DNA of 64,000 nucleotides from Gammaproteobacteria bacterium (GTDB lineage Bacteria; Pseudomonadota; Gammaproteobacteria; DASZBR01): NCBI GenBank assembly GCA_035943935.1, contig DASZBR010000002.1, positions 25,959 to 89,958 of the forward strand, read 5' to 3'. Shown piece by piece: positions 62,109 to 64,000 of this stretch (position 1 is its first letter; each line of letters starts with the position of its first letter). The notes under the pieces were generated by a model. It saw only the letters and a program-made list of their open reading frames with translations, ran no database searches and was not told where the DNA came from. The position numbers and the translations under genes were made by a program.

Positions 62109-62171
62109 AATCGTTCCAGTATGCTGTGCTCTAGTTGCACTTTTTGTGAAAGCCCGCGACAATACCATACC

Positions 62172-63350
62172 ATGGAACCCAATCACATTCTTTTCAATCT
62201 TTTCCTTATCTTTACTGGCGCGGCATTGCTGTCGACGTTGGTATTGTTAACCCGTCAGTCACTCTTGGTGGCTTATTTATTGTTGGGGCTGCTATTTGGT
62301 CCATTTGGATTAAAGCTCATTCCTGACAGAGAATTGGCGCGTCAAATTGGTGATATTGGCATTATCTTCTTGTTGTTTTTGCTGGGTGTGGAATTAAATC
62401 CCCGTGATCTCTGGCAGATGTTTCTCAAAATCAGTTGGATTGCGATTCTGAGTTCAATCATATTTTTTATCGTCGGCGCGGGTGTGGCGTATATCTTTGG
62501 TTTTACCTTAGAAGAATGTGTTGTCGTGGGTGCTGCGATGATGTTTTCAAGTACCATTATTGGATTAAAACTGTTGCCGAGTTCAACGCTGCATCATCAG
62601 CGTGTCGGTGAAATTATGGTCGGTATTTTATTGTTCCAAGATTTAATTGCCATTGCGGCGATGTTGGTTATTCATGGAATGGCGACACCGGGTGGTGCAT
62701 ATTGGTTAGATTTTGGGATGGCGCTCATCACACTACCGACATTGTTATTAGTTGCATTCAGTGTAGAGCGCTATGTGTTGCGACCGATGTTGAGTCGATT
62801 TGATACGGTGCAGGAATATATTTTTCTGGTGGCCATTGCGTGGTGTTTGGGCATGGCAAAATTAGCGGCGCACTTTGGTCTGTCCGATGAAATTGGTGCA
62901 TTTATTGCGGGTGTGGCGATCGCCGAAGGGCCTATTGCTTCTTATATTACAGAGAATTTACGACCCATTCGTGATTTTTGTTTAGTGATGTTTTTCTTTA
63001 CGATCGGCGCTGGATTTAATTTACAACTGTTACCCGAAATTTTAGTGCCGGCGATATTGTTAGCAGCGATTTTTCTCATATTCAAACCTTATGTATTTGA
63101 ATTTTTATTAAAGCGTTCGGGTGAGGTGAGACATATTGCAGCAGAAGCGGGTGTGCGATTAGGGCAGGCCAGTGAGTTTTCGCTTTTGTTGGGTGTGATG
63201 GCGTATCAAATGGTCCCGGATTTAATTGATGCAAAAACCAATTATTTAATTCAAGCGGTGACCATTATTACGTTTATCGTCTCGTGTTATTGGGTGGGTT
63301 CAAAATATCCGACGCCCATGTCTTTCGATAAAAAACTTCATAAGGCTTAA
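62172..63350 (+). CDS. cation:proton antiporter (CPA2/KefB-like membrane domain only)
   Basis: ~12 TM helices with Na+/H+ exchanger family pattern; start taken at MEPNHILF (the ORF from 62055 runs antisense to the rlmJ N-terminus). Confidence 0.7.
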   Translation: MEPNHILFNLFLIFTGAALLSTLVLLTRQSLLVAYLLLGLLFGPFGLKLIPDRELARQIGDIGIIFLLFLLGVELNPRDLWQMFLKISWIAILSSIIFFIVGAGVAYIFGFTLEECVVVGAAMMFSSTIIGLKLLPSSTLHHQRVGEIMVGILLFQDLIAIAAMLVIHGMATPGGAYWLDFGMALITLPTLLLVAFSVERYVLRPMLSRFDTVQEYIFLVAIAWCLGMAKLAAHFGLSDEIGAFIAGVAIAEGPIASYITENLRPIRDFCLVMFFFTIGAGFNLQLLPEILVPAILLAAIFLIFKPYVFEFLLKRSGEVRHIAAEAGVRLGQASEFSLLLGVMAYQMVPDLIDAKTNYLIQAVTIITFIVSCYWVGSKYPTPMSFDKKLHKA

Positions 63351-63356
63351 GATCAC

Positions 63357-63848
63357 ATGCTTAAAAATGTCCAAGATGTTCCTTCTCCCAATTGCAATGA
63401 ACGTCCCGAAAACGCAGTGATCAATATGATTGTGATTCATGGTATTAGCATTCCAGAAGGTGAGTATGGAAATGATAATGTCATTAAGCTTTTTCAAAAC
63501 CGTTTAAAATCCATGCAAGAATTAAAAGTATCGTCGCATTTGTATATTCGTCGTGATGGTGAAGTGATTCAATTTGTGCCATTTGATTTACGTGCGTGGC
63601 ATGCGGGTGTGTCGAATTTTCAGGGCGAAGAAAATTGCAATGATTTTTCAATTGGCATTGAATTAGAAGGTTCGAATCATGAAGTATATACGGATAGTCA
63701 ATATGAAAAATTAAAAGAAATTATTAAGTATTTAAAAAAGAGATATCCCGCTATTACGAATGAAAGAATTATTGGACATTCTGATATTGCGCCGGGACGT
63801 AAAACGGATCCAGGTCCGTTTTTTGAGTGGGATAGGATACGGTCGTAA
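63357..63848 (+). CDS. ampD: 1,6-anhydro-N-acetylmuramyl-L-alanine amidase AmpD
   Basis: Collinear with E. coli AmpD (SPNCNERP, VIHGISIP, RRDGEVIQFVPFDLRAWHAGVS, CNDFSIGIELEG, GHSDIAPGRKTDPGP). Confidence 0.9.
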   Translation: MLKNVQDVPSPNCNERPENAVINMIVIHGISIPEGEYGNDNVIKLFQNRLKSMQELKVSSHLYIRRDGEVIQFVPFDLRAWHAGVSNFQGEENCNDFSIGIELEGSNHEVYTDSQYEKLKEIIKYLKKRYPAITNERIIGHSDIAPGRKTDPGPFFEWDRIRS

Positions 63849-63860
63849 TTAATTACGACC
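63841..63860. repeat. 20-bp perfect palindrome GGTCGTAATT|AATTACGACC overlapping the ampD stop
   Basis: Self-complementary; lies between ampD and the downstream ampE-like ORF. Confidence 0.7.
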
Positions 63861-63897
63861 TTACTATACTGATAGATAAAATACAGCGAGACTTTTT

Positions 63898-64000
63898 ATG
63901 GTTACATTACTTTCTATTTTAGCGGTCTGGGCATTATTTAAATACGCCCATCTTCGTGGATTTTTCTCCCGCATTCGCGGATTGGAATATGTCATGGAGA
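63898..64000 (+). CDS. ampE: AmpE-like membrane protein, N-terminal fragment (continues beyond window)
   Basis: MVTLLSILAVWALFKYAHLRG... hydrophobic N-terminus directly downstream of ampD, as in ampDE operons. Confidence 0.4.
   Translation, partial: MVTLLSILAVWALFKYAHLRGFFSRIRGLEYVME

Noticed and set aside
62055-62171. ORF beginning MFENIR..., the same first six residues as the 41750 membrane protein, extending the antiporter gene upstream
   Set aside because: This stretch is antisense to the conserved rlmJ N-terminal motif HADVFKH, whose reverse translation yields MFENI. The similarity is therefore coincidental, and the antiporter more plausibly starts at MEPNHILF (62172).

Overview
This is a gene-dense, low-GC window that looks like gammaproteobacterial chromosome. 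I found no rRNA, tRNA or CRISPR arrays. Gene content and order suggest a Legionellales/Coxiella-like intracellular lineage: rpoN is absent between lptB and hpf, a truncated ComEC and a pseudopilin sit beside cyoABCDE, and there are several large orphan membrane and effector-like proteins. I infer that lineage; the sequence does not prove it.

Conserved housekeeping blocks, in order:
- fmt(partial)-def, then surE-yqaA-nlpD-rpoS
- fabD-fabG-acpP-fabF-mltG
- the mla operon, mlaFEDCB-ibaG, on the minus strand
- kdsD-kdsC-lptC-lptB-hpf
- comEC(truncated)-fimT-like-cyoEDCBA-VOC-ssb on the minus strand, then MFS/uvrA
- xseA, which is divergent from one long tightly packed operon, yajG-like-ribD-ribE-ribBA-ribH-guaB-guaA
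- rpsU-yqeY-dnaG
- tandem tyrP-like permeases, pmbA, an SIS isomerase, dapE, upp, mltD, rlmJ, a CPA2 antiporter and ampD-ampE(partial)

Between these blocks are lineage-specific or accessory-looking insertions:
- three compositionally similar orphan multi-pass membrane proteins of 824, 531 and 351 aa; two of them share a C-terminal CCK...KPK motif
- a zeta-toxin-family P-loop kinase plus a 58-aa ORF, translationally coupled to dnaG in the position where rpoD normally sits
- a phage-like KilA-N gene with 32-bp perfect palindromes nearby and a copy of that palindrome inside its coding sequence
- a 1726-aa protein with an N-terminal HAD-phosphatase-like signature and two long internal repeats
- a 581-bp cassette in which a small GIY-YIG nuclease gene is flanked by 92-bp near-perfect inverted repeats; a third copy of that repeat family supplies the stop codon of the SIS gene
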